Assembly: GCF_018350175.1 (NCBI RefSeq)
Contig: NC_058373.1
Span: forward strand, 109,742,001-109,806,000
Length of the DNA stretch: 64,000 nt
Reading direction: 5' to 3'
Origin: Felis catus
Taxonomy: Eukaryota
The notes beneath the pieces were generated by a model. It made no database searches. It saw only the letters and a program-made list of their open reading frames with translations, and had not been told where the DNA came from. This document shows, in pieces, positions 38,154-51,102 of this stretch. Position 1 is the first letter of the stretch, and each line of letters begins with the position of its first letter. The translations under genes and the position numbers were made by a program.

Positions 38154-39278
38154 TAAAAAAAACTTTTTTAAATTAGTGAAGTATAATTGGCACACAATGT
38201 TACATTAATTTCAGGTGTACAACACAGTGACTCACAAGTCTATATCTTATGCTCACCCCAAGTGTAGCTACCATCTGTCACCATACATTGTTACAATACC
38301 ACGGACTATATATATTCCCCATGCTTTTTTACCTCTGTCACTTACTCATTCCGTAAGTGGAAGCCTGTATCTCCCACTCCCCTCTATCCATGTTGCCTGC
38401 CTCTCTCCACCGCTCCCCTCTGGCAACCATCAGTTTGTTCTGCGTATTTATGGATCTGTTTCTGCTTTTTGTTTTTAAAATTCCACATATATGTGAAATC
38501 ATATGGTATCTGTCTTTCTCTGTTGGACCTATTTCACTTAGCATAATAGCCTCTGGATCCATCCATGTTGTCATGAATGACAAGATCTCATTCCCTTTTT
38601 TGTAGCTCGGTAGTATTGTAAATGATGCTGCAACAAACACAGGGGAGCACGCATCTTTTTAAATGAGTGTTTTCATTTTCTTTGGGTAAATACCCAGTAG
38701 TAGAATTATTGGGTCATTTGGTATTCCTATTTTACATTTTTAAAGGAACCTCCATACTGTCTTGTACAGTGGCTGCACCAGTTTCATTCCCCCGATAATA
38801 GTATGTGAGGGAGACACGTGGGTGATTCAGTCGGTTGAGTGCCTGACTCTTGATTTCGGCTCAGGGCATGATCCCAGGTTTTGGGATCAAGCCCCAAGTT
38901 GGGCTCTGTGCAGAGTGTGGAGCCTGCTTAAAATTCTCTCTCTCTCCTCTCACCTCTCTTCTCTCTGTCCCTCCTCCCCTGCCTGCACACACTATCTCTA
39001 TTTAAAAAATAAATTAAAAAAAAAAGTGCATGAGGGTTTCTTTTTCTCCACGTCCTTACCAACACTTGTTATTTCATGTCTTTTTGACTCTAGCCATTCT
39101 GACAGGTGTAAGGTGATATCTCGTTGTGGTTTTGATTTGCATTTCCCGGTGATTAGTGATGTTGAGCATCATTTCCTGTATTCATTTGCCATCTGTACGT
39201 CTTCTTTGCAAAAATGCCTATTCAGATCTTCTGCTCATTTCATTTGGATTATTTGGCTTCTGTGCTGAGTTGTGCTTA
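38154..39278 (-). mobile_element. LINE-1 3' fragment (carnivore type) containing a Can-SINE (38808-39025, +)
   Basis: ORF2 C-terminal remnant (TTWMDPEAIMLSEIGPTEKDRYHMISHICG); TSD CAGCTGA(C/T)CTT at 38143-38153 and 39279-39289. Confidence 0.88.
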
Positions 39279-39344
39279 CAGCTGATCTTATAATAGGGAG
39301 ATTATTCTGGATTAGCTGGGTGGAGCCAATGTAATCACTAGTGG

Positions 39345-39712
39345 TTTTTTTTTTTTTTTTAATTTTTTTTTAATGCTTATTTTTAAGTGAGAGAGACAGA
39401 GCAAGAGCTGGGGAGGGGCAGAGGGAGAGGGAGACACAGAATCCGAAGCAGCTCCAGGCTCTGAGCTGTCAGCACAGAGCCCAACGTGGGGCTCAAACCC
39501 ACAAACTGTGAGATCATGACCTGAGCCAAAGTTGGACACTTAACTGCCTGAGCCACTCAGGCTCCCCACCAGTGTTCTTAAAAGTAGAAGGAGCCACCTG
39601 GGTGGCCCAGGTGGTTGAGTGTCCCATTCTTGATTTCAGCTCAGGAAATGATTCCAGGGTTGTGGGATCAAGCCCCATGTTGGGCTCCATGCTGAGCATG
39701 GAGCCTGCTTAA

Positions 39713-39763
<51 letters not shown>

Positions 39764-40115
39764 CCCCCCTCCCCCCTCTCTCTCCCGCCCACTCTAAAAT
39801 TAAAAACAAAAAAAAGTAAATGGAGGAGGCAGAACATGATGAGAATCAGAGATAGGTGTTGCTATGTTACAGCTACAGAAAGATACATTGCTGGTTTGGG
39901 TGAAGAAGGTCAAGAAGTGGCTGGACTCAGGGTGCCTGGTTGGCTCACTCAGTTAAGCATCCAACTCTTGGTTTCAGCTCAGGTCATGATCTCACGGTTT
40001 GTGAGATGGCGCCCTGAGTAGGGCTCTGCACTGACGGTACAGAACCTGTCTGGGAGTCTCTGCCCCACTGCTGCTCTCTCCTCCCCCTCAAAATAAATAA
40101 ACACTTAGAAAAAAA
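39345..40115. mobile_element. Three Can-SINEs (39345-39567 -, 39590-39815 +, 39929-40115 +)
   Basis: Consensus text. Confidence 0.88.
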
Positions 40116-40460
40116 TTAATGGGTGGCCTCTAGAACCTAGAAAAGGCCAAGAATTGTTCCCCTTTAGAGCCTCCAGATGGAAATGCAGCCCTGGCTAACA
40201 CCACCATTTTCACCCAGTGAAATCTAATTTGGGTTTCTGAACCCCGGAATTATAATATAATAAACTTGTGTTGTTTCAAGCCACCAAGTTTGTAGTAAGC
40301 TGTTACAGCAACAATAGGAAACAATACAACAGGGGTTCCCAGTATGAAATTCTGGAGAAGTACTTCTCAGGCTGTAGTAGCTTGTAAATGGTGGAGCTGG
40401 AATGTGGACCTAGGTACTCTGTCCAAGGACTGTGCTCTTCATGACCACGCTAGATTGTCT

Positions 40461-40477
40461 ATTTTTTTCTTTCCTCC

Positions 40478-40533
<56 letters not shown>

Positions 40534-40578
40534 AATGTTTACTTTTGAGAGAGAGAGACAGAACGAGAGCAGGGGAGG

Positions 40579-40617
<39 letters not shown>

Positions 40618-40973
40618 GGAGACACAGAATCCAAAGCAGGCTCCAGGCTCTGAGCTATCAGCACAGAGCCTGATGCAGGGCTCAAACCCACAAACTGTGA
40701 GATCTTGACCTGAGCTGAAACCAAGAGTCAGCTAGCTGCTCAATGGACTGAGCCACCCAAGCACTGCTATTTTTTTATTTTAGAGAGAGAGTGCACAAGC
40801 AGGGAAGACAAGCAGAGGGGGAAGGGAGAGAGAGAGAGAGAGAATTTTAATTTTAAGCAGGCTCCATGCTCAGCACAGAGCCCAACACAGGGTTCAATCC
40901 CATGACCCTGGGATCATGATCTAAGCCAAAATCATGAGTCAGATGCTCAACCAACTGAGCCACCCAGGTGTCC
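40461..40973 (-). mobile_element. Two tandem Can-SINEs; (TTTC)n tail at 40481-40533
   Basis: Consensus text and tetranucleotide tail. Confidence 0.88.
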
Positions 40974-41283
40974 TAGGTTGATGAGAATTTTAAATAACCA
41001 AGTTTATCATGCCTTTTAGCTAACAGTAATTTGTAGGACTATGACCATGCTCTCAAGCAGAACAGTAGTGCTGTACTCCTTCCCTCCAGTGCATTGCCTG
41101 GAGAGTCTGTTTCACATTGGAAAAGTTCCCTGTGTGGCTTTGATTCAACGGATTCTGGGGGTTGATGGGACAGGCAGAGCAGGCCCCAGATTAAATACTA
41201 CAGCGAACTTAACACTTTAAGACTGTAGCAATGATAATAATCACAGTGGTTGCCCACATGATACACTGTTCAAATAAGGATAG

Positions 41284-41390
41284 AAGGAAGGAAGGAATGG
41301 AGGGAGGGAGAGAGGGAGGGAGGAAGGAAAGAAGGAAGGAAGAGGAAGAAAGGAAGAAAAAGGGAGGGAGGAGAAGGAAGAAGAAAGATA
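41284..41390. repeat. (GGAA)/(GGAG) purine-rich repeat
   Basis: Directly visible. Confidence 0.85.
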
Positions 41391-43214
41391 TTAGAAGGTA
41401 GGTAGGTATATCTTACAACAATCTCAAACTATAGAGCTTATATTCATTCACAGATACAAACAGTAAAATAATTCAATCTCTTATGGGGAAACATGAAAAC
41501 CTCTACTTATGTTTTAACACATTCATATGCAAGTGAATCATATTTGAAATATAACCTTCCAAGGCTAGGTAGTTAATTCTTAATTTTACATACTAATGAA
41601 TCATTCTAAGATGATATATACTTTCTCTTCTACGTATAGCCCTTATCTGAGGTTTCTTTGCATGACCCACTTCCCAGTCCTGAAGAGAAGCCATAGGATC
41701 TCTTTTCTTCCCACTCTATACTCTCGCTGGGTAACTTCTGTCACATTCACATTTCAAGCGCCACTACATGTTAATGATCTCATCTATTTACAAATCTATA
41801 TTTCTGTCTACTGGCCATTTCTCCTTACTGTGTCCCACTACACCCCAAAATAAAAGTGATTATTTATGCTCCCCCTCCCAACCCCACCAAGCCTTCCCCT
41901 TAAAAACAAACACAATGTACACTTCACAATTGTCTCCACTTTGGTCGACGGTATTAACAGCATGACAGCATTCTCATCTACTCAGTTAAGCCAGAACCTC
42001 TGCGATATCTAATTCTCCTTGCTCAGGCCTCTCATCCAAACAATTTCCAAATCCTACTTTTGGGCTGCAGGATGCTTAGGGAAGTATTAAATTAAATCTA
42101 TTTCTGTAGATCAAAACAATATTGACAACCTCATATGATTCAATCTAACAAAAACATATGAAAAGAACACACAAGATTAACCATAATTTTTCTCTATTTG
42201 TTTCTGTTAGATGCATAAAAGGAAGATTAGCATTCTAGATTTCAACAGGCTAGTGAGAGCCGCGTGAGCCTTTCTTATGTCAACATATACACACACACAC
42301 ACACCCAAGTGGAAAGGGGTGCAAAAAGAAGGGGACAGACAAGAGTACTAAAGAATATGGAGAAAAGAAATGAAAATAAGCCACAAGGGAACAACAGAGA
42401 AAAAGGAATGTACAAAAAAGGCGGGGGAAGGGGGGAGGTACTGCCCCAGCTCTGGAGTCATACACAGGTGAGGTGAGACAATCTAAGAAGAGATCCAGAT
42501 AATGGAAGTTCAGTAAAGTCTAAAGCTATGCGTGGCTAAAAAGAAGTTTTCTTCATTTTACAAAGATTGCCTGTTACAGTTAGCTAGCAATCATAGCCAC
42601 TTTAAATATGGGCCTAAGGATGCTGAGAACGGAGGTAGAACAATTACTAATATCTCATCTTGAACCACCTAGTGCAGATCAGGAAACGGCAGGACCTCAA
42701 AACTGCTGTTGTGGTTCTCGCTGGGATACAGAGTTCTCACGTCTGAATATGATGCAGAGGGTGGAAGATGTTTATAAAGACGACCCAAAACAAACATCTC
42801 AGGATGAGTTTTAAGGGGGTGAGAATATTAAATTCTTGATGAACTGCCATCTTGGAACACATTAGATGGAAGTGCTGACCAATCTCTTATCTCAACAATT
42901 ATCCTTAGGGGCACTGGGGTGGCTCAGTCGGTTGAGCGTCCGACCCTGGATTTCGGCTCAGGTCATGATCCCAGGATTGTGGGATTCTTGGGATTCTCTC
43001 TCTCAAATTAAAAAATAATAAAATTGTCCTGAGATAATTAACAGTTGTTTACTTAATAGCAAAATCCCTAAACATAAGTATGAATTCCTCATCACTTGTG
43101 TCTTAATAAGATTTAAGTTCTTTAATCAATTGAAATACTATTTCACTTTATTTTCTATTAAAATAAAACCAATAAAATGTTCTTTCTGTATATGAAGTGC
43201 ATCCCAAACATATC

Positions 43215-43671
43215 TAGCTCAAGACTGCTCAAAAGAGGACCAAGAAGTTCATCTGGCACCAGTCAGACCGACATGTCAAAATCAAGCGCAACCGTCGGAA
43301 ACCCAGAGGCATTGACAATAGAGTGCGCAGAAGACTCAAGGGCCAGATCTTGATGCCCAACGTTGGTTACGGGAGCAACAAGAAGACAAAGCACATGCTG
43401 CCCAGTGGCTTCCAGAAGTTGCTAGTCCACAATGTCAAGGAGCTTGAGGTGCTGCTGATGTGCAATAAATCTTACTGTGCAGAGACTGCTCACAAGGTCT
43501 CCTCCAAGAACCATAAAGCCATTGTGGAAAGAGCAGCCCAACTGGCCATCAGAGTCACAAATCCCAATGCCAGACTGTGCAGCGAAGAAAATGAATAGAC
43601 AGCTTATGTGCATATCATATTTGTGTTAATAAAACCATAAAACTACAAAAAAAAAAAAGAAAGAAAAGAAA
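43215..43671 (+). pseudogene. RPL32: Processed pseudogene of ribosomal protein L32 (eL32), 5'-truncated
   Basis: Frame reads [60 protein letters not shown]...[15 protein letters not shown] (stop 43596-43598); no introns; AATAAA 43628-43633; poly(A) from 43647; start codon and first ~9 codons absent. Confidence 0.95.
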
Positions 43672-43766
43672 CTATTGACTATGAAAGGCACTATACCAAA
43701 GGTCTTCTGCATATTATTTTGCATGAAATCAGAAATGGAGGTATCCTTAGAAATACATATATTTCT

Positions 43767-43978
43767 GGGGCACCTGGGTGGCTCAGTTGTTTAAGCGTCC
43801 AACTCTTGATTTCAGCTCAGGTCATGATCTCGCAGTTGGTGGGATTGAGCCCGGCATCAGGCTCCGCATTGACAGCACAGAGCCTGCTTGGGATTCTCTC
43901 TTTCCCTCTCTGGCCCTCCCAGCTTGGCTTGTGCTCCCTGTCTCTCTCTCAAGATAAATAAACATTAAAAAAAAAAAT
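43767..43978 (+). mobile_element. Can-SINE
   Basis: Consensus text; TSD AAATACAT(A/G)TATTTCT. Confidence 0.9.
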
Positions 43979-44500
43979 ACATGTATTTCTATCTTGCAGG
44001 TATGAATGTTCACCATACGTGAAAGATTTGACAGCATAAGCATATATACTTTTATACTTTTACTACTGAAGAGTAACAGTTGTATGGGAAGTATATGTTG
44101 GACATAAGACTAGTTTTCTTTTGAGACAATTTATCAGACTTGAATCAGAAAAACTTAATTCCCCACAGCTGAAACTTAGTATTGCCCACTTACTATAAGG
44201 AATTAGCTATGATGACTGGGATGCAGAGGTCCGGCAAATGTCCCAAATGTAGGGAAAAGTTTAATGGGGAAAAGGCATTCAGGAATGGGCATTAATAAGT
44301 TCACAATCTACACTTACAATTTAACTACAATGCTACACTGCATTTATCAAATTAGGCAAGGATAACTGAGCCTCACAGAGAAGAAAATAATCATAACTGG
44401 AGTTCAACGAATGCTGGGCTCTGTGCTACCAACTTACTAGTTTTTTGTTTTAATCATAATCATTTAACCTTACAGGATAGGGATTATTAGCCTCATTTTT

Positions 44501-45430
44501 TTTTATATATATGAAATTTATTGACAAATTGGTTTCCATACAACACCCAGTGCTCATCCCAAAAGGTGCCCTCCTCAATACCCATCACCCACCCTCCCCT
44601 CCCTCCCACCCCCCATCAACCCTCAGTTTGTTCTCAGGTTTTTTTTTTTTTCAACGTTTATTTATTTTTGGGACAGAGAGAGACATAGCATGAACGGGGG
44701 AGGGGCAGAGAGAGAGGGAGACACAGAATCGGAAACAGGCTCCAGGCTCTGAGCCATCAGCCCAGAGCCTGAGGCGGGGCTCAAACTCCTGGACCGCGAG
44801 ATCGTGACCTGGCTGAAGTCGGATGCTTAACCGACCGCGCCACCCAGGCGCCCCTGTTCTCAGTTTTTAACAGTCTCTTATGCTTTGGCTCTCTCCCACT
44901 CTAACCTCTTTTTTTTTTTTTTTCTTCCCCTCCCCCATGGGTTCCTGTTAAGTTTCTCAGGATCCACATAAGAGTGAAACCATATGGTATCTGTCTTTCT
45001 CTGTATGGCTTATTTCACTTAGCATCACACTCTCCAGTTCCATCCACGTTGTTACAAAGGGCCATATTTCATTTTTTCTCATTGCCACGTAGTATTCCAT
45101 TGTGTATATAAACCACAATTTCTTTATCCATTCATCAGTTGATGGACATTTAGGCTCTTTCCATAATTTGGCTATTGTTGAGAGTGCTGCTATAAACATT
45201 GGGGTACAAGTGCCCCTATGCATCAGTACTCCTGTATCCCTTGGATAAATTCCTAGCAGTGCTATTGCTGGGTCATAGGGTGGGTCTATTTTTAATTTTC
45301 TGAGGAACCTCCACACTGCTTTCCAGAGCGGCTGCACCAATTTGCATTCCCACCAACAGTGCAAGAGGGTTCCCATTTCTCCACATCCTCTCCAGCATCT
45401 ATAGTCTCCTGATTTGTTCATTTTGGCCAC
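44501..45430 (-). mobile_element. Young 5'-truncated felid LINE-1 containing a young SINE (44639-44854, -)
   Basis: Uninterrupted ORF2 C-terminal 157 codons ([27 protein letters not shown]...TEKDRYHMVSLLCGS*); G-rich 3'UTR; TSD ATTA(G/T)CCTCATTTTT. Confidence 0.95.
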
Positions 45431-45445
45431 ATTATCCTCATTTTT

Positions 45446-45605
45446 AAAAAATGTTTACTTATTTTTGAGGGAGGGAGACAGAAGACCTGAAGCGGGCTCT
45501 GTGCTGTCAGCAGAGAGCCCGATGGCGAGGCTCCAGCTCACGAACCATGAAAATCATGGCCTGAGCCGAAGTCAGACGCTTAAGAAGCTGAGCCACCCAG
45601 GAACT
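45446..45605 (-). mobile_element. Can-SINE inserted in a MIR
   Basis: Consensus text followed by MIR core CCCATTTTACAGAGGAAATTGAAGCTC. Confidence 0.85.
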
Positions 45606-47154
45606 CATTATCCCCATTTTACAGAGGAAATTGAAGCTCCGAGGGTCTGAGTACTTGTCAATGCTCTCACAGCCACTAAGGTGAGGATGTGGGGAGAGTT
45701 TGGTTCGAAACCCAAGTTGTAACTTCAAAAACCTGAGAACCTGTGCTCACTCTAATACTATGCTGTTGCTCTTCAATGTAAGTACTGAAGCATTAATGTC
45801 AACTATAATTAAGGAACATGCCTATTAGCCTTTGAGAGGGGGAATTACATGTTAACCCCACATATAAGCAGCGGAGAAAGAAAGGGAGCAAGAGGATTAA
45901 AAAAACATACTGGCCTGGAAACATATTACAATAAGCAACCATCACTTACTCATTATTTTTGTGTGTCCCCCTTTTCTTTCTTTTTAAACTTCTTATTATG
46001 GAATTTGTATGGAGTAGAGAATATGCACCCATCAGCCAGCATGAACAATTACATTCCTCAAAAGTTGTGATTAGGATTGGAGGGTCCCTTATACATCATA
46101 TATTATTTGAAAGGCAGTTAAGGAGCTCTAGTGGACAGTATGATGGAACCTCTCCAACTCATCCTTCTCTCCCTCCTCCATGTGGCATCAACATGGTTTG
46201 AAGACTTGACCCTAGCTCCAGGGGCAGATCCTGATTAGCCTAAACCAATCACAGTAATTCTATCCTTTTAAATCAGTAATTCTATCCTTTTAATTCTATC
46301 CTTGGTTCAGAAACTTATATTCTTGCCAATCTATTCAGTATTCTCCTTCCAACTATAATTTGTTCAGACGTGCAACACTAATTCTAAAGTGAACCCAATT
46401 CAACTGATGGGAAGAACTTTTCTTCCATTAGTCCATGTTAATGAGATTCTACATTTTCTATTTAAGTCAGTTTGTAGAAGAGTTTTTATTAATGCAGCCG
46501 GAACCACTCTAACTAATTAAATATAATCAAATAAAGTCTTGGGTGTATCACCGAGTACTGACTTAAGGTAAGAGGCTCCTATAAAGGAAGATTTAGGGAA
46601 CATATTTTAAGAAGTCAAATTTCATTCACACTGAACAGAGGGACCTTGATCTTCTGTTCCCTTTAAAACATCTATCCTCTCCCACACCCCATCTTTCAAA
46701 TTTCTTGTCCAAAAATAAAGGGAAAAAATAAAATACACAAAAAACTTCCCAGAAGACTCTATAAAAGATATCTTTAGAATCAGGGATCCTACCATTAATA
46801 CACAGCAAATCTATATTTGCTCTACAAAATAAAAAAACAACCATTGAAATGATACAATGTTTAAAAACAATGTAAAACTCCATCTGGTAAGTTTCCGTAT
46901 ATTTTTTTAAATGTATTTATATTTTTTAATATCTAAAATAGTCATATGGTTTAAAATTCAAAAGGTTCCAAAACTAATGTCTTGGCTTGTCCTCAAGCCC
47001 CTTTCCTCTCCCTGGAGGCAACAAATATTGCCAGTTTCTTCTGAATACTTTCAGAGATTATCAATTTGAAAATAATGCAGTGAAGTTATTTTCAGCTTAT
47101 CAAAAAACTGTGAGTGTGGTACAACAGAAAAAGCAATAGGCTTAAGACTTAAAC

Positions 47155-47790
47155 ATCCTGGGGGGCTCAGTCAGTTAAGCATCTGACTTCGGCTCAGGTC
47201 ATGATCTCACAGCTCATGAGTTCGAGTCCCACGTCAGGCTCTGTGCGGACAGCTCAGAGCCTGGAGCCTGCTTCAGATTCTGTGTCTACCTCTCTCTCTC
47301 TGCCCCTCCCCCGCCCCCCCTTAAATAAATAAATATTAAAAAAAAAAAGAATCAAACATTTTGGGGTGCCTGGGTGGCTCAGTCAGTTAAGCGTCTGACT
47401 TTTGATTTCAGCTCAGGTCATGATTTCACAGTCATGAAATCAAGCCCCGCTGAGCACAGAGCCTGCTTCAGATTCTCTATCCCTCCCTCTCAAAAAAAAA
47501 AAAAAAATTAAAAATTAGAAGGGAAAAAAAAAAAAAAAAGAATCAGGGGCACCCGGTGGCTCAGTCGGTTGAGCATTCAATTCTTGGTTTTAGCTCAGGT
47601 CATAATCTCACAGTTCATGGGTTCGAGCCCTGCATCACTGCACTGTTAGTGCAGAGCCTGCTTGGAATTCTCTTTCTCTCTCTCTCTCTGTCTGTCTCTC
47701 TCTCTCCCTCCCTCCATCCCTCCCTCTCTGTCCCCACCTGTCTCTCTCACACTCAAAATAAACAAACTTAAAAAAAAAAAAAAAAAGAAT
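47155..47790 (+). mobile_element. Three tandem Can-SINEs
   Basis: Heads near 47158, 47362 and 47545; recurring AAGAATCA(AA) target. Confidence 0.9.
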
Positions 47791-48599
47791 CAAAGATCCT
47801 AATTTCATGCTCTTGTTCTGCCACAAACTAGCAAAGTCATCATAGTACAAATTACCTGAACTCTCTAAGCCTCAGTTTCCCCATCTTTAAGTAGGGATAA
47901 AGCAGTGCTTGGCTGGCTGTCAGAAGAGCATGCAGCTCTTGATCTTGGGGTCGTAAGTTCAAGCCTAATGTTGGATACAGAGATCACTCAAAAAAAAAAA
48001 AAAATAAATAACGTGGAGATAAAAATGGACACTCTCAATATTGAGTACCTATTATGGCTAAGTACTATGCTAAATGCTGGAGATTCAGATCAAAAACATA
48101 TTTGCTGTCTTTAAGAAGTTAGGAGACTGAACAGTAAACAATTACAATATAGTATAAGAACAGGGGTAATCACAGAATACAGGAACACAGAAGTATTAGA
48201 GGGCACAATTCTTGGCATTAAGAAAATAAGCAACAAATGTCAATTTCCTTTCTTCTAATGAACTTTCATGTGCTTTGCATTCATTTTATTTCATTTTACA
48301 TTCAAATTTTAAAAATTTATAATTCTTAAAGCTTTTAAAATAGGTAAGCAGTCTGTTACTTTTATATTAAAACTTTTTTTTAAAAAATGAATCAATATGC
48401 AAAATTTCATGAACACTAGTATCAAACAAATAATTTTCAAATCTGAATAAACTACTAACATATCAAACTGAGCTGGTGCTTTTTAAGATTTTATTTTTTA
48501 TCTTATAATGAAAAATACACTTGTAAAGAGCAAATAAACTTCAACATGTTTTATAAGATGATACAGTTTCACTGCTATAAGTTTATCTTTTAGTTAGGT

Positions 48600-48747
48600 A
48601 CTAGTCAGAAAAGCTTAAGATCTAACCTATTAAAAATACCCTTTGAGCTCCTTGAACAAATGGCTGATTCTAGGTCTGGGGCAGGGAAAATTCAAGATCA
48701 GCAGAGAGCATCAAATAATGCCAGAAAGTAAAGTAGTGCTAAATACA

Positions 48748-48779
<32 letters not shown>

Positions 48780-49850
48780 TAAATAAATAAATAAATAAGG
48801 CACAAGAGCCAAGGTCTCCCACTGGTCACACTAGACTAATTTGAACAGCAAAATAACAGTTACATTGGATTATAATCTCAAGAATAAAATACTCATGAAT
48901 CCATACGGATAAAAATAAACGCCTATATAAGTAAATAAACAAGGGAAGAGGGGCGCCTGGGTGGCTCAGTCGGTTAAGCGTCCGACTTCGGCTCAGGTCA
49001 TGATCTCGAGGTCCGTGATTTCGAGCCCCACGTCGGGCTCTGTGCTGACAGCTCAGAGCCTGGAGCCTGTTTCAGATTCTGTGTCTCCCTCTCTCTCTGA
49101 CCCTCCCCTGTTCATGCTCTGTCTCTCCTTGTCTCAAAAATGAATAAAACGTTAAAAAAAATTTTTTTTAAAAACAAGGGAAGAATTCTAAGTAATTTAA
49201 GGAGATATACCTCCTCCAGGAGGTGGAGCTTAATTCTCCTCCCCTCCAGTACAGACTAGTCTTAATTACTTGCTTCAAAGAATAGAGTATGAAAAGAGTA
49301 AAAAATAGTAACTTTAAGTAGAGGAACCTGGAAGATATCACCTTACCCAACTGATGAAGGTTAAATCGTGTTGATGTCACGTGCCCCCTGGTGTGATATG
49401 ATGGGAAAGATCCTTTGCTTCTGTGGTATTCTTGCCCCTAATCCATCACCCCGGTGGAATCATGAGAAAGCATCACACAAACCTACATTCAGGGATATCT
49501 TACAAACACCTGGTTGGTACTCTTCAAAAGTTTCAAGGTCATGAAAAATAAGCAAGATCTGAGAGACTGTCACAGGCCGGAGGAGACTAAGGAGGTTTGA
49601 CAACTAAATGTGGATGTGGTATCCTTGACTGGACTGACCAGAAAAAGGATATTAGTGGAAAAGCTGGTGAAATCCAAACCAACTGTATAGTTTAGTCAAT
49701 AGTATTGTACCAGTGTTAATTTCTTAGTTTGGGTAAATGTTAGCAAATTTGGTTTGGAGACATTAACATTAGGGTGAAGGGTATATAGAAACTGTAGTAT
49801 CTTTGCAACTCTTCTAGAAACCTAATCTTATTCAAAAAACACTTTTTTAA
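48600..49850 (+). mobile_element. Old LINE-1 3'UTR (L1MC/L1MD-like) with (TAAG)n(TAAA)n at 48748-48798 and a Can-SINE at 48949-49160
   Basis: GAAAAAGGATATTAGTGGAAAAGCTGGTGAAATCC...AATAGTATTGTACCAGTGTTAATTTCTTAG typical of these 3' ends. Confidence 0.7.
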
Positions 49851-50143
49851 AATGTTCTTGATACACATCATGGACGTTTGGAGGGATAAGAAAGGATTTT
49901 ACATACATACGTGCTAGGAATGTTGCTATGCCAAAAAGCTCTTATGTCAATCTCAATTCCAGACCTGAGATAACTCAGGCCCGTCATGAAGGCCACCACC
50001 AACCTCTCCCCCAGTCAGCTCTCTCTTTTCATTATAAAAATATAAAAAATAAAATCTAACACTCCCAGATTTGGAAAGAAGTCAATTGAGGAGGAAGGTA
50101 GGCAACCTCAGAAACACTCTAAGAAGTAAATACCCTTACTTAC

Positions 50144-50253
50144 TAAACCGCAGGAGCTCAGCAAAGAGGGCTGCTAGGGCTTACTGTATTTCTAAAGTCT
50201 ATGCTACTTGTGGGAAATGAGAAGCAGCTCACAGGAGTGGGATATACCCAGGA
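50144..50253 (-). other. Candidate non-coding 5' UTR exon of WDR89
   Basis: Donor TTA|GTAAGT at 50144/50143; polypyrimidine tract 50270-50290 with AG at 50255-50254 or 50267-50266; non-repetitive; no ATG inside. Confidence 0.3.
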
Positions 50254-51102
50254 CTTGGTACGGATCTCAGAGGAGAAAACAGAGACCAGGGCCCCCAAGG
50301 TTTGCCTCAGTCCCAGTGACTAGTTTTTGCAAGTGGAAGTACATCGTGTCATGTTTGGGCCAGGTGATCCGGAAGTGGTGTGTCTTCACCTTCTCTTCAC
50401 CTAACTGCTGGCTGGATGCAGAGGACTTCAGAGCCCTCTGGTTGAGCCATAAAATGAAAGGGTCTGAGCCCTCCAGTCATCACATGAAAGGCTACCTGCT
50501 CACCAGAAAAACCTACATCTGAGTATATCCATCAGTTGTGTAGATATCTGAAACATATAGTTTAAAAAACTGAAAAACAAAATGACCCCAACCTCATAAT
50601 ACTATTCACATTTTCTTTAGGTTAAATCCAAAGTGGGGGGAGGGCGCCTGGGTGGCTCAGTCGGTTAAGCGACCGACTCCTGATTTCGGCTCAGGTCATG
50701 ATCTCGTGGTTTATGAGACTGAGCCCCACATTGGGCTCATGCTGACAACACAGAGCCCGCTTGGGATTCTCTCTCTCTCAAAATAAATAAACTTAAAAAT
50801 AAAAGGGCAATTAATTTCTTATACTAAAGAAACACCAGACCTTCAGCACTTACATTTTATTTATTTTTTATTAAATCCAAATTAAATGTAATACTACTTA
50901 CAGAAAATGTATAATATACCATCCCATTTTAATAAAATCATTCCTATGCACATTTCTGCTCACTCTATCTGTATATATGTGCAGAAAGATCTCCAGAATA
51001 ACGTTTGTAAAATGTATTTCAAATATCTGGAGTGCATATGTGTACATGTGCACACACATGGGGGGGTGTGTTGTCTTTCTAGTACTTTTCTATATTGCTA
51101 AA

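Larger units (their letters stand above)
38041..40328 (+). mobile_element. MaLR MLT1-type LTR fragmented by an L1 and several SINEs
   Basis: 5' end TGTG...CCTCCAAAGATGTC...ATCCCTGGAACCTGTGAATGTTA; 3' end TTGTGTTGTTTCAAGCCACCAAGTTTGTAGTAAG...TGTTACAGCAACAATAGGAAACAATACA. Confidence 0.8.

Noticed and set aside
44957..45430. 157-aa ORF as a stand-alone gene
   Set aside because: LINE-1 ORF2 C-terminus in a 5'-truncated copy with no promoter or ATG start
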